Positions 55,548-64,000 of a stretch of DNA of 64,000 nt are shown here, piece by piece. Made by a program: the position numbers and the translations under genes. The DNA comes from an uncultured Bacteroides sp. (GTDB lineage Bacteria > Bacillota > Clostridia > Oscillospirales > Acutalibacteraceae). Where the stretch lies: the NCBI GenBank assembly GCA_964535085.1, contig CAZHSE010000001.1:230956-294955 (forward strand). Direction: 5' to 3'. The number at the start of each line of letters is the position of its first letter. The stretch's first letter is position 1. The notes beneath the pieces are model-generated. The model was not told the DNA's origin. It did no database searches and was given only the letters and a program-made list of their open reading frames with translations.

Positions 55548-56239
55548 TGGGTGACATAAGCAGATACGGACACAGGCAGAGAATGAGAGATTTATATTTG
55601 TCGGGCGGTATGGAAGATGCTCCCGACCATAATTTGCTTGAGCTTTTTCTTTCTCTCGTAATTCCGCAGAAGGATGTAAAACCCCTTGCCTATGATTTGA
55701 TTAACAAGTTTGGTTCAATTGAAAATGTTGTCAATGCTGACCCGTATGAACTTATGAACGTTAAAGGGATAGGGGAGTCTGCAGCTGTTGCAATATCGCT
55801 GATAAGAAGTATTAATAAACGCATAGTAAAAAATAAAAACGAAAATGTCGTTATGATTAATTCTAAGAAAGCGGCTGTTGATTTTTGTAAAAACATTCTT
55901 CAGGAGGAAACTGTTGAAAAATTTTTGCTGATTACTCTTACAAACAGCGGTGCCGTTATTAATCATCATATTGTGTTTACAGGCAATGTGCAGTCAATTA
56001 AATTTGATATGAGAAGATTTTTGGAGTTGGTTCTTCGTGACAATGCCGCCGGTGTAATTATAGCCCATAATCATCCAAACGGAAGCTCAAAGCCATCTAT
56101 GGCAGATAATAAGATTACTTCCGATATTATAGGTTCACTTCGTCAGCTCGGCATATATGTAATCGAACATGTTATTGTGGGCAGTGAAGACTGCTCGTGT
56201 ATGACTGAATTGAAAGAAAGCAGAAACTGGTTTAAATAA
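55547..56239 (+). CDS. radC: RadC/JAB domain protein
   Basis: GHRQRMR, N-terminal HhH (VKGIGES) and AHNHPNG...PS.AD; start 55547 after GGAGGAG. Confidence 0.88.
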   Translation: MGDISRYGHRQRMRDLYLSGGMEDAPDHNLLELFLSLVIPQKDVKPLAYDLINKFGSIENVVNADPYELMNVKGIGESAAVAISLIRSINKRIVKNKNENVVMINSKKAAVDFCKNILQEETVEKFLLITLTNSGAVINHHIVFTGNVQSIKFDMRRFLELVLRDNAAGVIIAHNHPNGSSKPSMADNKITSDIIGSLRQLGIYVIEHVIVGSEDCSCMTELKESRNWFK

Positions 56240-56297
56240 TTGTATTTATTTTCGGATTATATGTTATATTTTACCTGCAGCTGTCAATAATCCTAAT

Positions 56298-57545
56298 ATG
56301 AAAATATTCAAATTATTTAATAAGTCCCATAAAGTATTATTAGTTCCGTTTGTTGTTTCTTCAATATTATTAGTGTTGTCGGAGCTGTTAAATCTGGCAC
56401 ACGGTATTTTAAATGAAGATTTTTCTTTATTAATGACGAATCTTTCCGAGCTTCTTAGCAGGGTGGTGCCTTTTATCTTTTGTTATTTCATTACGGATGT
56501 TATGAGCAAAGGAAAAAGGGAATTTAAAGCGTTTTGGAGTGTCTTATGCCTGTTTGTATTTTTTACCTGCGCAAAAGCCTTTGGAAGTTCAGGCTGTTCT
56601 GTATTGTTTTCTATACTGCTGTCACTGCTTTTTTTATACTGCTTTGACAGGCTTGAATCGTGGCTTGCACTGTTGATGACTGCGGTTTTGTCAGTATTGT
56701 CAGGTGTTTTGTTCGGATATTTAAGCGGAATATTTGATAATGCTGTAATGGCTGTTTCAAGGTTTGCTGCCGGTAAAGGTATTCTGTCGGCTGTTTTATT
56801 TTCAGCAGGAGATTCCTTGCTTTCTTTATTTGATATAAGCAGTTTCAGAGAGGCTTTTTTTCATAAAAGTTTCGGAGGATCACTTTTTTTAAACGGAGAA
56901 ATTGTCACAGGTGTAAAGGATTTATTTTCGGAGGGTTACAGCGGCGACCTTATATCAACCTATCTTTCGGGTCATTATTATATGCTGTTTGCCGTGGCAG
57001 GAATAGCAGGTGCACTGTTTTCTGAACTTAAAAGCATTCAAAGGATTACGTTAATAATAACTGCGGTTTGTGCAGTGCTGAGCGGAAATATTTTTGCATT
57101 TCTTATGTTTATTTTCCTGGAAAGTCCTTTTTTGTTTTTATTTGCATCTGCTGTAAATGTTCTGTCTTATGTATGCGCTTATGTCCTTAACCTCGATATG
57201 GGATATGTATATAACGGCTCTTTGTTTGAGATGATTATAAATATGAAAAACGGGATTTATCTTGTATCAGGCGGAATTGTTTTTATTTGTATAGGATTTT
57301 TTGTTACAAAGTATGTTGTTATGAAACACGGAATTTCCGACTGTCTTAATATCTATATTCCCGAGAGACTTAAAAGAATTACGGAAAATCTCGGCGGTAT
57401 AGCTAATATTATCAGATTTAAGGATGATAAACTGGAAGTCAGAAATCCGAAATTAATTAACACTCTTGAATTTGAATGTGAAATTGAAGAAAACGAAGTC
57501 AGCAGTAATGATGAACTATTTAACGAGCTTAAGGACTATATTTAG
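56298..57545 (+). CDS. Degenerate PTS EIIC(B)-like membrane protein
   Basis: Multi-TM with an FGG...G...G..F..G EIIC-like segment; C-terminal LGG..NI EIIB-like start without the C.TRLR motif. Confidence 0.55.
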   Translation: MKIFKLFNKSHKVLLVPFVVSSILLVLSELLNLAHGILNEDFSLLMTNLSELLSRVVPFIFCYFITDVMSKGKREFKAFWSVLCLFVFFTCAKAFGSSGCSVLFSILLSLLFLYCFDRLESWLALLMTAVLSVLSGVLFGYLSGIFDNAVMAVSRFAAGKGILSAVLFSAGDSLLSLFDISSFREAFFHKSFGGSLFLNGEIVTGVKDLFSEGYSGDLISTYLSGHYYMLFAVAGIAGALFSELKSIQRITLIITAVCAVLSGNIFAFLMFIFLESPFLFLFASAVNVLSYVCAYVLNLDMGYVYNGSLFEMIINMKNGIYLVSGGIVFICIGFFVTKYVVMKHGISDCLNIYIPERLKRITENLGGIANIIRFKDDKLEVRNPKLINTLEFECEIEENEVSSNDELFNELKDYI

Positions 57546-57555
57546 GTGAATAATT

Positions 57556-58221
57556 ATGAATGTAAGAGAAGAACTATTTGAAAACCGGGATTCTGAATAT
57601 GCGGATTTTCAAAGCAGGCTTGTACCTAATATTGAGCGTGAAAAAATAATCGGAGTACGTATACCTGTTTTGCGTAAAATTGCAAAAGCCTGTGCTGCCG
57701 AGGACTGTGAAATTTCAGATTACTATTATGAAGAAATTATGATAAGGGGTATGAAAATCGGCTATGAAAAATGCAGTATAGAAAAGCATTTGGAAGATTT
57801 GAAAAATTTTATTCCTCTTATTGATAACTGGGCAGTGTGCGACTGCTGCTGCGCTACGTATAAATTTACGCAAAAAAATATGACTGCAGTCTGGAATTTC
57901 ATTTTGCCTTATTTATCCGGCGGTGAATACGAAATACGCTTTGCAGTCGTTATGATGATGGATTATTTTCTGACAGACGATTATATTGATGAAGTTCTCG
58001 AAAATCTTGTTTCATTGAAATCCGATGAGTATTATGTCAATATGGCAATTGCTTGGGCATTATCCGTTGCGTTTGTTAAATACGAGCAAAAGGTTTATAA
58101 AATACTCAGAGAAAATCAACTTCCTTTATGGGTGCACAACAAGACTATTCAGAAAATTCGTGAGTCTAACAGAGTTACAAAAGAAATGAAAGAAGATTTA
58201 AAAACATTAAAAAGGAAATAA
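57556..58221 (+). CDS. DNA alkylation repair protein (AlkD-like)
   Basis: IIGVRIP.LRKIAK, IDNWAVCD, YYVNMAIAWALS and KTIQKIRES motifs. Confidence 0.88.
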   Translation: MNVREELFENRDSEYADFQSRLVPNIEREKIIGVRIPVLRKIAKACAAEDCEISDYYYEEIMIRGMKIGYEKCSIEKHLEDLKNFIPLIDNWAVCDCCCATYKFTQKNMTAVWNFILPYLSGGEYEIRFAVVMMMDYFLTDDYIDEVLENLVSLKSDEYYVNMAIAWALSVAFVKYEQKVYKILRENQLPLWVHNKTIQKIRESNRVTKEMKEDLKTLKRK

Positions 58222-58251
58222 AATAAGCACCGAGTAATCGGTGCTGTTTTT
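58221..58251. terminator. Bidirectional terminator
   Basis: agcaccga-gtaa-tcggtgct flanked by A/T runs. Confidence 0.75.
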
Positions 58252-58261
58252 ATGCGAAATA

Positions 58262-58447
58262 TTAAGCTCTTTCAACCTTACCTGAGCGAAGACATCTTGT
58301 GCAAACATAAACTCTTTTAGGAGAGCCGTTTACAATAGCCTTTACTTTTTTTATGTTAGGTTTCCAGGTTCTGTTTGATCTTCTGTGTGAGTGAGAAACC
58401 TTGATGCCGAAAGATACGTCTTTTCCGCAGTATTCACATTTTGCCAT
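58262..58447 (-). CDS. rpmB: 50S ribosomal protein L28 (zinc-binding form)
   Basis: CEYC, SHSHRRSNRTWKPN and CTRC motifs; GGAGGTG SD. Confidence 0.97.
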   Translation of the reverse strand: MAKCEYCGKDVSFGIKVSHSHRRSNRTWKPNIKKVKAIVNGSPKRVYVCTRCLRSGKVERA

Positions 58448-58559
58448 TTGCGAACACCTCCTTATATACTTTGAACGTTTGATATAATATCACAAGTGAA
58501 AACAAAATGCAAGTATTTTTTATTATTTTTTTCATAAAGAACTATTTTTGGTGCAGCTA

Positions 58560-58588
58560 TTGATTTTAAATACTATATTTAGTATAAT
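58560..58588 (+). promoter_or_regulatory. Sigma-A promoter of recA operon
   Basis: TTGATT-17-TATAAT. Confidence 0.7.
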
Positions 58589-58617
58589 AAAAAAGATAAA
58601 GTTTTGGAGGTTATTTT

Positions 58618-59742
58618 ATGGCATCAGATAAAAAAACGGCACTTGAAACCGCTATGAAAAATATTGAAAAGAAATTCGGTGCAGGTGCTATTATGCGCTT
58701 GGGTGAAAATTCAAGCCTGAAGGTTGACGCTATTTCAACAGGCTCTCTTACGCTTGATATTGCTACAGGAATCGGTGGCTTGCCCAGAGGAAGAATTATT
58801 GAGATTTACGGTCCTGAATCAAGCGGTAAAACAACGCTTGCTCTCCATTGCATTGCTGAGGCACAGAAAATCGGAGGTACTGCGGCATTTATTGACGCTG
58901 AGCATGCTCTTGACCCTGTTTATGCAAATAATTTAGGTGTTGACGTTGATTCTCTTCTTATTTCTCAGCCCGACTACGGTGAGCAGGCCCTTGAAATTGC
59001 AGAACAGCTTGTAAGCAGCGGTGCTATTGATATTGTCGTTGTTGACTCGGTTGCAGCTCTTGTTCCGAAAAGTGAAATTGAAGGCGATATGGGTGAAAGC
59101 CATGTAGGTCAGCATGCACGTCTAATGTCTCAGGCTCTCAGAAAACTTGCCGGTACTGTTAATAAGACTAATTGTATTATAATATTTATCAATCAGCTTC
59201 GTGAAAAAATCGGCGTTATGTACGGAAATCCTGAAGTTACTACCGGCGGACGTGCATTAAAATTCTATGCGTCAATGAGAATTGACGTCAGAAAAGCCGA
59301 TACAATTAAGACTTCTTCAACTGAGTTTATCGGTTCAAGAACAAGAGCTAAGATAGTTAAGAACAAGGTTGCACCGCCTTTTAAGACTGCGGAGTTTGAT
59401 ATTATGTACGGCACTGGTATAAGCAAAGTCGGTGAAATTCTTGATATGGCAGTGGATTTTGATATTATACATAAAGGCGGTTCATGGTTTTCCTACGGCG
59501 ACAGGCGTTTGGGTCAGGGCAGAGATAATGTTAAAGAAATAATTAAAAACGACTCGGAATTTGCTGATGAGCTTGAGCAGAAAATTAAAGAAAAAATGAA
59601 AGAAAATGCCGATTCCGTACAGCGGGAAAAAGCAGAGAAAGCCGCTTCAAAGACAAAGGAAAAGGAAGAGCCTAAGAAAAAAATCACCAAGGAAGAAGCA
59701 AGAGCAGAGCTTGACATTGCTTTTGACGATGACGACGATTAA
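58618..59742 (+). CDS. recA: Recombinase RecA
   Basis: [28 protein letters not shown] and KNKVAPPF motifs. Confidence 0.98.
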   Translation: MASDKKTALETAMKNIEKKFGAGAIMRLGENSSLKVDAISTGSLTLDIATGIGGLPRGRIIEIYGPESSGKTTLALHCIAEAQKIGGTAAFIDAEHALDPVYANNLGVDVDSLLISQPDYGEQALEIAEQLVSSGAIDIVVVDSVAALVPKSEIEGDMGESHVGQHARLMSQALRKLAGTVNKTNCIIIFINQLREKIGVMYGNPEVTTGGRALKFYASMRIDVRKADTIKTSSTEFIGSRTRAKIVKNKVAPPFKTAEFDIMYGTGISKVGEILDMAVDFDIIHKGGSWFSYGDRRLGQGRDNVKEIIKNDSEFADELEQKIKEKMKENADSVQREKAEKAASKTKEKEEPKKKITKEEARAELDIAFDDDDD

Positions 59743-60350
59743 TGATTATTAAGCATCAAAAGGGCAGGGGAAGTAAAATTCATATTTTTCTTGATGATGA
59801 ATATGTTGTTACAACAGACGAGAATTTTTGGTTTGACAATTACATTTCCGACGGAACAGATATCACTGACGAAGAATGGCAGGAGCTCCTTATCAGGATG
59901 AATTATAAAAAAGCCCTTAACAAATGTGCTGATTTCCTGTCACGCAGAGACCATTCTGTAAAAGAGCTTAAAACAAAGCTGCTACGCACAGTTGATGAGG
60001 TAAGCGCCCAGAAGGCTATTGACAGATATATCGAAGCCGGATATCTTGATGATGAGAGATATTGTGAGAGACTTGTTGAATATCTTTTTGAAACAAAAAA
60101 GTATTCTTCTGCAAACGTCAGACAGGAATGTTTTAAGCGTGGTATTGACAGGGAAATAACAGACCGAGTAATGTCTGAATACGATGTCGATAATGTTTCA
60201 AATATTGTAGAATTGCTCAATACAAAATACAGGTCTAAAATTTTGCAGGAGGACGGTATAAGGAAAGTTATTGCTTCGCTGCAAAGAAAAGGCTTTCGAT
60301 ACTCCGATATAAAATCGGCTTTTTACAGGTTAGAGGATTATGACAAATAA
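59742..60350 (+). CDS. recX: Regulatory protein RecX
   Basis: LSRRDHS..EL, GYLDD..Y and LQRKGF motifs; directly after recA. Confidence 0.9.
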   Translation: MIIKHQKGRGSKIHIFLDDEYVVTTDENFWFDNYISDGTDITDEEWQELLIRMNYKKALNKCADFLSRRDHSVKELKTKLLRTVDEVSAQKAIDRYIEAGYLDDERYCERLVEYLFETKKYSSANVRQECFKRGIDREITDRVMSEYDVDNVSNIVELLNTKYRSKILQEDGIRKVIASLQRKGFRYSDIKSAFYRLEDYDK

Positions 60351-61659
60351 GGTTGGTATGATTTCGCTCGGCTGTCCGAAAAATCAGGTTGACGGCGAGC
60401 TTATGCTTGAAAAATTGAACAGAAGCGGTTTTGAAATAGCCCAAAGTATCGAGGATAGCGATGTTATGATAATTAACACCTGCGGATTTATTGAAGATGC
60501 AAAAAAGGAAGCTATTGAAACTATCCTGGAGGTTGCCGAATATAAAAAGGCAGGATTGATTTCCGCTATAGTCGTAACAGGCTGTCTCGCAGAAAGATAT
60601 CAGGACGAAATTATTAAAGAAATACCTGAGGTTGATTCTGTCATAGGCATAGGTGCAGATGGCGATATTGTAAAGGTTTGCCAAAAGGCTCTGTTAGGCG
60701 TCAGAACGAGCTTTTTCCCCAACAAGAAATATCTTCAGCTTGAGGGTGAAAGAATGCTTTCTACGCCGTCACACTGGGCTTATTTGAAGATAAGTGACGG
60801 CTGTGACAACAGATGCTCATACTGTGCAATTCCCCTTATCAGAGGCGGATATGCAGAAAGAAATACGGAGAATATCATCAATGAGGCAAAATCACTTGCC
60901 GAAAAGGGTATTAAAGAGCTTATTCTTATTGCACAGGATACAACAAAGTATGGCTTTAAAATCTACGGTGAATATAAACTTGCAGCACTCTTAAAGGAAC
61001 TTGTCAAAATTGACGGTATTGAATGGATAAGACTTTATTATTGCTATCCCGACAGGATAACTGATGAGCTTATTGATGTTATCGCAAATGAAGAGAAGAT
61101 TTGTTCCTATATTGATATACCTTTACAGCATTGTAACAGAGATATTCTGCACAGTATGAACAGATCGGGTTCGTATAACGAGCTTAAAGAGCTTATCAGT
61201 AAAATGAGAAACAGGATACCTGATTTAGCGCTCAGGACAACTTTTATGGTTGGTTTTCCCGGTGAAACAGAAGAACAGTTTGAAGAACTCTGTTCTTTTG
61301 TTAAAGAAATCGGATTTGATAAAATGGGATGTTTTACCTACTCACCTGAAGAGGACACTCCTGCATATGATTATGAAAATCAGATTGATGAGGATGTAAA
61401 GAAAAAAAGAGCCGAGGTTCTTATGGATATTCAGTACGGTGTAACTGAAAAATCCAATAAAGATAAAATCGGTAAATCTTATAAAGTTATTGTTGATGAA
61501 TATTCAGATGGTAAATATAACGGCAGAGCTTATTTCGATTCTCCCGAAATTGACAGCGGAATTATATTTACATCAGATAAAAAAATACAGGTCGGCGAAT
61601 TTGTAAATGTAAAAATAACAGATTTTAACGGCTATGATTTAATTGGAGTGAAAGTATGA
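60340..61659 (+). CDS. rimO: Ribosomal protein S12 methylthiotransferase
   Basis: SLGCPKN, NTCGFI, GC..RC.YC.IP, IPLQH and SPEID (TRAM) motifs. Confidence 0.95.
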   Translation: MTNKVGMISLGCPKNQVDGELMLEKLNRSGFEIAQSIEDSDVMIINTCGFIEDAKKEAIETILEVAEYKKAGLISAIVVTGCLAERYQDEIIKEIPEVDSVIGIGADGDIVKVCQKALLGVRTSFFPNKKYLQLEGERMLSTPSHWAYLKISDGCDNRCSYCAIPLIRGGYAERNTENIINEAKSLAEKGIKELILIAQDTTKYGFKIYGEYKLAALLKELVKIDGIEWIRLYYCYPDRITDELIDVIANEEKICSYIDIPLQHCNRDILHSMNRSGSYNELKELISKMRNRIPDLALRTTFMVGFPGETEEQFEELCSFVKEIGFDKMGCFTYSPEEDTPAYDYENQIDEDVKKKRAEVLMDIQYGVTEKSNKDKIGKSYKVIVDEYSDGKYNGRAYFDSPEIDSGIIFTSDKKIQVGEFVNVKITDFNGYDLIGVKV

Positions 61660-62222
61660 ATTTACCTAATAAAATTACTCTTTTCAGATTTTGCTGTATT
61701 CCGTTTCTTATGGCGTTTGCCTATATTGAATTTCCGTATCATTGGGTTGCAACACTGATTGTTTACTTTATTGCCTGTATGAGCGATAAGGTTGACGGAA
61801 TTATTGCAAGAAAAAGAAAACTTGTTACCGATTTCGGAAAACTTATGGATCCGCTTTCGGATAAGAGCCTTGTTTTTGCCGCATATTTGATACTCATTAA
61901 TATGGGATGGCATACGGATATTTGCGTTATGCTTATGCTTGCAAGAGAATTTCTTGTGGCAGGTATAAGAATGGCAGCCGCAACGACGGGAGAGGTAATT
62001 GCCGCTAATGCATTTGGTAAATGTAAAACATTTTTGCAGATGTCAACCACCGGTTTGACTTTTCTTCTTCTGGCAATAGGAGAAGGTGCCGCAGATATTG
62101 ATATGACAACACCTTGGCTTAATACATATTGCACTGTTGCTTTTTGGATTGTTGCAGTAGTAACAGTTTTAAGCGGTATTATTTATGCAAAAGACGGCTG
62201 GCATCTTATTAAAACAAAATAA
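61656..62222 (+). CDS. pgsA: CDP-diacylglycerol--glycerol-3-phosphate 3-phosphatidyltransferase
   Basis: MNLPN.IT; D..DG.IAR......FGK.MDP.SDK. Confidence 0.92.
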   Translation: MNLPNKITLFRFCCIPFLMAFAYIEFPYHWVATLIVYFIACMSDKVDGIIARKRKLVTDFGKLMDPLSDKSLVFAAYLILINMGWHTDICVMLMLAREFLVAGIRMAAATTGEVIAANAFGKCKTFLQMSTTGLTFLLLAIGEGAADIDMTTPWLNTYCTVAFWIVAVVTVLSGIIYAKDGWHLIKTK

Positions 62223-62269
62223 TTGTTGCAAATTTCAAAAAAATATATATAATAGTATTGATAGATAAA

Positions 62270-62505
62270 TACTGTGACAGAGAGAAGTAAGCAGGTCACA
62301 TTTAATTCAGAGAGCAGGTCCGTGTGCTGAAAGACTTGTATAAAATGTCTGCCAAAATGCACTCTTGAGTTGCCCGGAGGAAATTAAGTATGTCGGGTCG
62401 GTTAGCTCCGTTAAAGGCTTAAACTGTGATAATTTGCAGTTGAGAATAAAAAGAGTGGAACCGCAGTTTTTACATTGCCTCTGTCATTTGACAGGGGCAT
62501 TTTTT
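62270..62505 (+). promoter_or_regulatory. T-box riboswitch (Cys) leader
   Basis: AGAGA/GCTGAAA stem I apex; TGC specifier at 62358-60; T-box AAGAGTGGAACCGC at 62451-64; terminator 62476-62505; precedes cysE-cysS. Confidence 0.9.
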
Positions 62506-62530
62506 GTTATAGGAGTGAGTATATATAAAT

Positions 62531-63172
62531 ATGTTTGAATCTTATAAAGAGGATATAAAAAGTTTTATGGACCACGATCCTGCTGCAAGAAGTCCTATTG
62601 AAATTGTATTGCTCTATCCTGGTTTTAAAGCGCTTAGAAGTCACAGAAAGGCTCGCTGGTTTCTCGACCACAATATGCCCTTTATAGCAAGATATATCAG
62701 TCAGAGGTCGGCGCATAAAACGGGAATTGAAATTCATCCCGGTGCAACAATCGGAAGACGTGTTTGTATTGACCACGGCAACGGAATTGTAATCGGTGAA
62801 ACGACAGAAATAGGTGACGACGTTATGATTTATCAGGGCGTTACTCTCGGAGGTACAGGCAAGGACGTCGGAAAAAGGCATCCCACCATTGAAAGCGGCG
62901 TAATGATAGGCTCAGGTGCAAAGGTTCTCGGACCTATAACGATAGGCAGAAACGCCAAGGTTGCCGCAGGGGCTGTAGTTGTCAAAGATGTTGAGTCAAA
63001 CGCAACCGTTGTCGGTGTTCCGGGCGAAGTAGTAAGAATTGACGGTGAACGTGTTGATGATCTTGATCAGATAAATATTCCCGACCCGTTAATGAATGCC
63101 ATTAAAGAAAATGAGGCTAAAATAAAGTCTCTTGAAAATGAAATACAGAAATTAAAGGAGCAGATAAAATGA
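62531..63172 (+). CDS. cysE: Serine O-acetyltransferase
   Basis: [19 protein letters not shown]-like CIDHG, KRHPT and hexapeptide repeats. Confidence 0.95.
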   Translation: MFESYKEDIKSFMDHDPAARSPIEIVLLYPGFKALRSHRKARWFLDHNMPFIARYISQRSAHKTGIEIHPGATIGRRVCIDHGNGIVIGETTEIGDDVMIYQGVTLGGTGKDVGKRHPTIESGVMIGSGAKVLGPITIGRNAKVAAGAVVVKDVESNATVVGVPGEVVRIDGERVDDLDQINIPDPLMNAIKENEAKIKSLENEIQKLKEQIK

Positions 63173-64000
63173 AGATTTATAACACTATGACAAGGCAGAA
63201 GGAAGAATTTGTACCTGTAGATAAAAACGAGGTTAAAATTTATGCCTGCGGACCTACAGTTTATAATTTTATCCACATTGGAAATGCAAGGCCTCTTTGT
63301 GTTTTCGATGTTCTGCGCAAATATCTTGAATACAGAGGATATAATGTAAAATTTGTTCAGAACTTTACTGATGTTGACGATAAAATAATTAAACGTGCAA
63401 ATGAAGAGGGCTTAACCTTTGAGGAAGTTTCAAAAAAGTACATTGAAGAATTCTGGACTGACGCACACGGACTTAATTTCAAAGATGCCACCGTTCACCC
63501 TAAAGCAACGGAAAACATTGATGAGATTATTGACATAATTAAAACACTTGAAGAAAAAGGATTTGCATATGCTGTTGACGGTGATGTGTATTTCAGAACT
63601 CTGAAGTTTAATGAATACGGAAAGCTCAGCCATCAGCCTATTGAAGATTTACAGTCAGGTGCAAGAATTGCAGTAGGGGAGAAAAAAGAAGATCCACTTG
63701 ATTTTGCTCTGTGGAAAGCCGCAAAAGAAGGCGAACCTTACTGGGAATCACCCTGGGGCAAGGGCAGACCCGGCTGGCATATTGAGTGCTCTGCTATGAA
63801 CAGACGTTTTCTCGGTAAAACTATCGATATTCATTGCGGCGGTCAGGATCTTATTTTCCCTCATCATGAAAATGAAATTGCCCAGAGTGAGTGTGCAAAC
63901 GGCTGTACATTCTCAAAATACTGGATGCACAACGGTTATATAAATGTTGATAATGTAAAAATGAGTAAATCTCTCGGTAACTTTAAAACAGTAAGAGAAA
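63169..64000 (+). CDS. cysS: Cysteinyl-tRNA synthetase (3' truncated by window edge; not in the ORF track)
   Basis: ATG 63169 overlaps the cysE stop; translated MKIYNT..., [29 protein letters not shown] and KMSKS. Confidence 0.97.
   Translation, partial: MKIYNTMTRQKEEFVPVDKNEVKIYACGPTVYNFIHIGNARPLCVFDVLRKYLEYRGYNVKFVQNFTDVDDKIIKRANEEGLTFEEVSKKYIEEFWTDAHGLNFKDATVHPKATENIDEIIDIIKTLEEKGFAYAVDGDVYFRTLKFNEYGKLSHQPIEDLQSGARIAVGEKKEDPLDFALWKAAKEGEPYWESPWGKGRPGWHIECSAMNRRFLGKTIDIHCGGQDLIFPHHENEIAQSECANGCTFSKYWMHNGYINVDNVKMSKSLGNFKTVRE

Noticed and set aside
58460-58560. LexA/DinR (GAAC-N4-GTTC) box before recA
   Set aside because: The best candidates (gaacgtttgata, gaactatttttg) have two or more mismatches in the right half-site.
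1-64000. UGA-to-Trp recoding, CRISPR array, prophage, intact transposase or integrase
   Set aside because: Conserved proteins are full length under code 11 and several end at TGA overlapping the next ATG. No spaced repeat arrays, phage structural genes or recombinase ORFs were found. The tRNA pair shows no duplicated 3' end suggesting an integrated element.

Overview
A 64 kb, gene-dense chromosomal segment of a low-GC, spore-forming Bacillota (sigK present). Gene content and T-box style suggest a gut Clostridia/Oscillospirales-type organism (inference). Genetic code 11 fits all ORFs. Most of the window is housekeeping and metabolism: porB fragment, TetR + pyruvyltransferase, O-antigen ligase, two PrsA/SurA-like PPIases, sigK, MATE, tRNA-Ile2/tRNA-Trp, MFS-larEBC, iscS-iscU-nadA-mnmA, ABC exporters, an Old Yellow Enzyme, an FRG protein, csoR-copA-copZ, an OmpR two-component system with a MacB/FtsX ABC, a GH51 arabinofuranosidase, radC, rpmB, recA-recX-rimO-pgsA and T-box cysE-cysS (cysS runs off the window). 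The most notable observation links two visibly AT-rich cassettes about 40 kb apart: 1183-3796 (secreted protein, subtilase, membrane protein) and 39189-44508 (ECF sigma, DUF4367-type anti-sigma, two secreted proteins, three membrane proteins, ABC ATPase). They share a 37-bp promoter-like motif (3 clear copies, 1 weak), a 20-bp leader element encoding SD + Met-Phe-stop, and a related boundary hairpin. This suggests a split ECF regulon of secreted-protein modules (inference). A ~280-bp MITE-like element with a 21-bp target duplication sits in the porB terminator. No CRISPR array, prophage or intact transposase was seen. All family assignments come from motif recognition, not from database searches.
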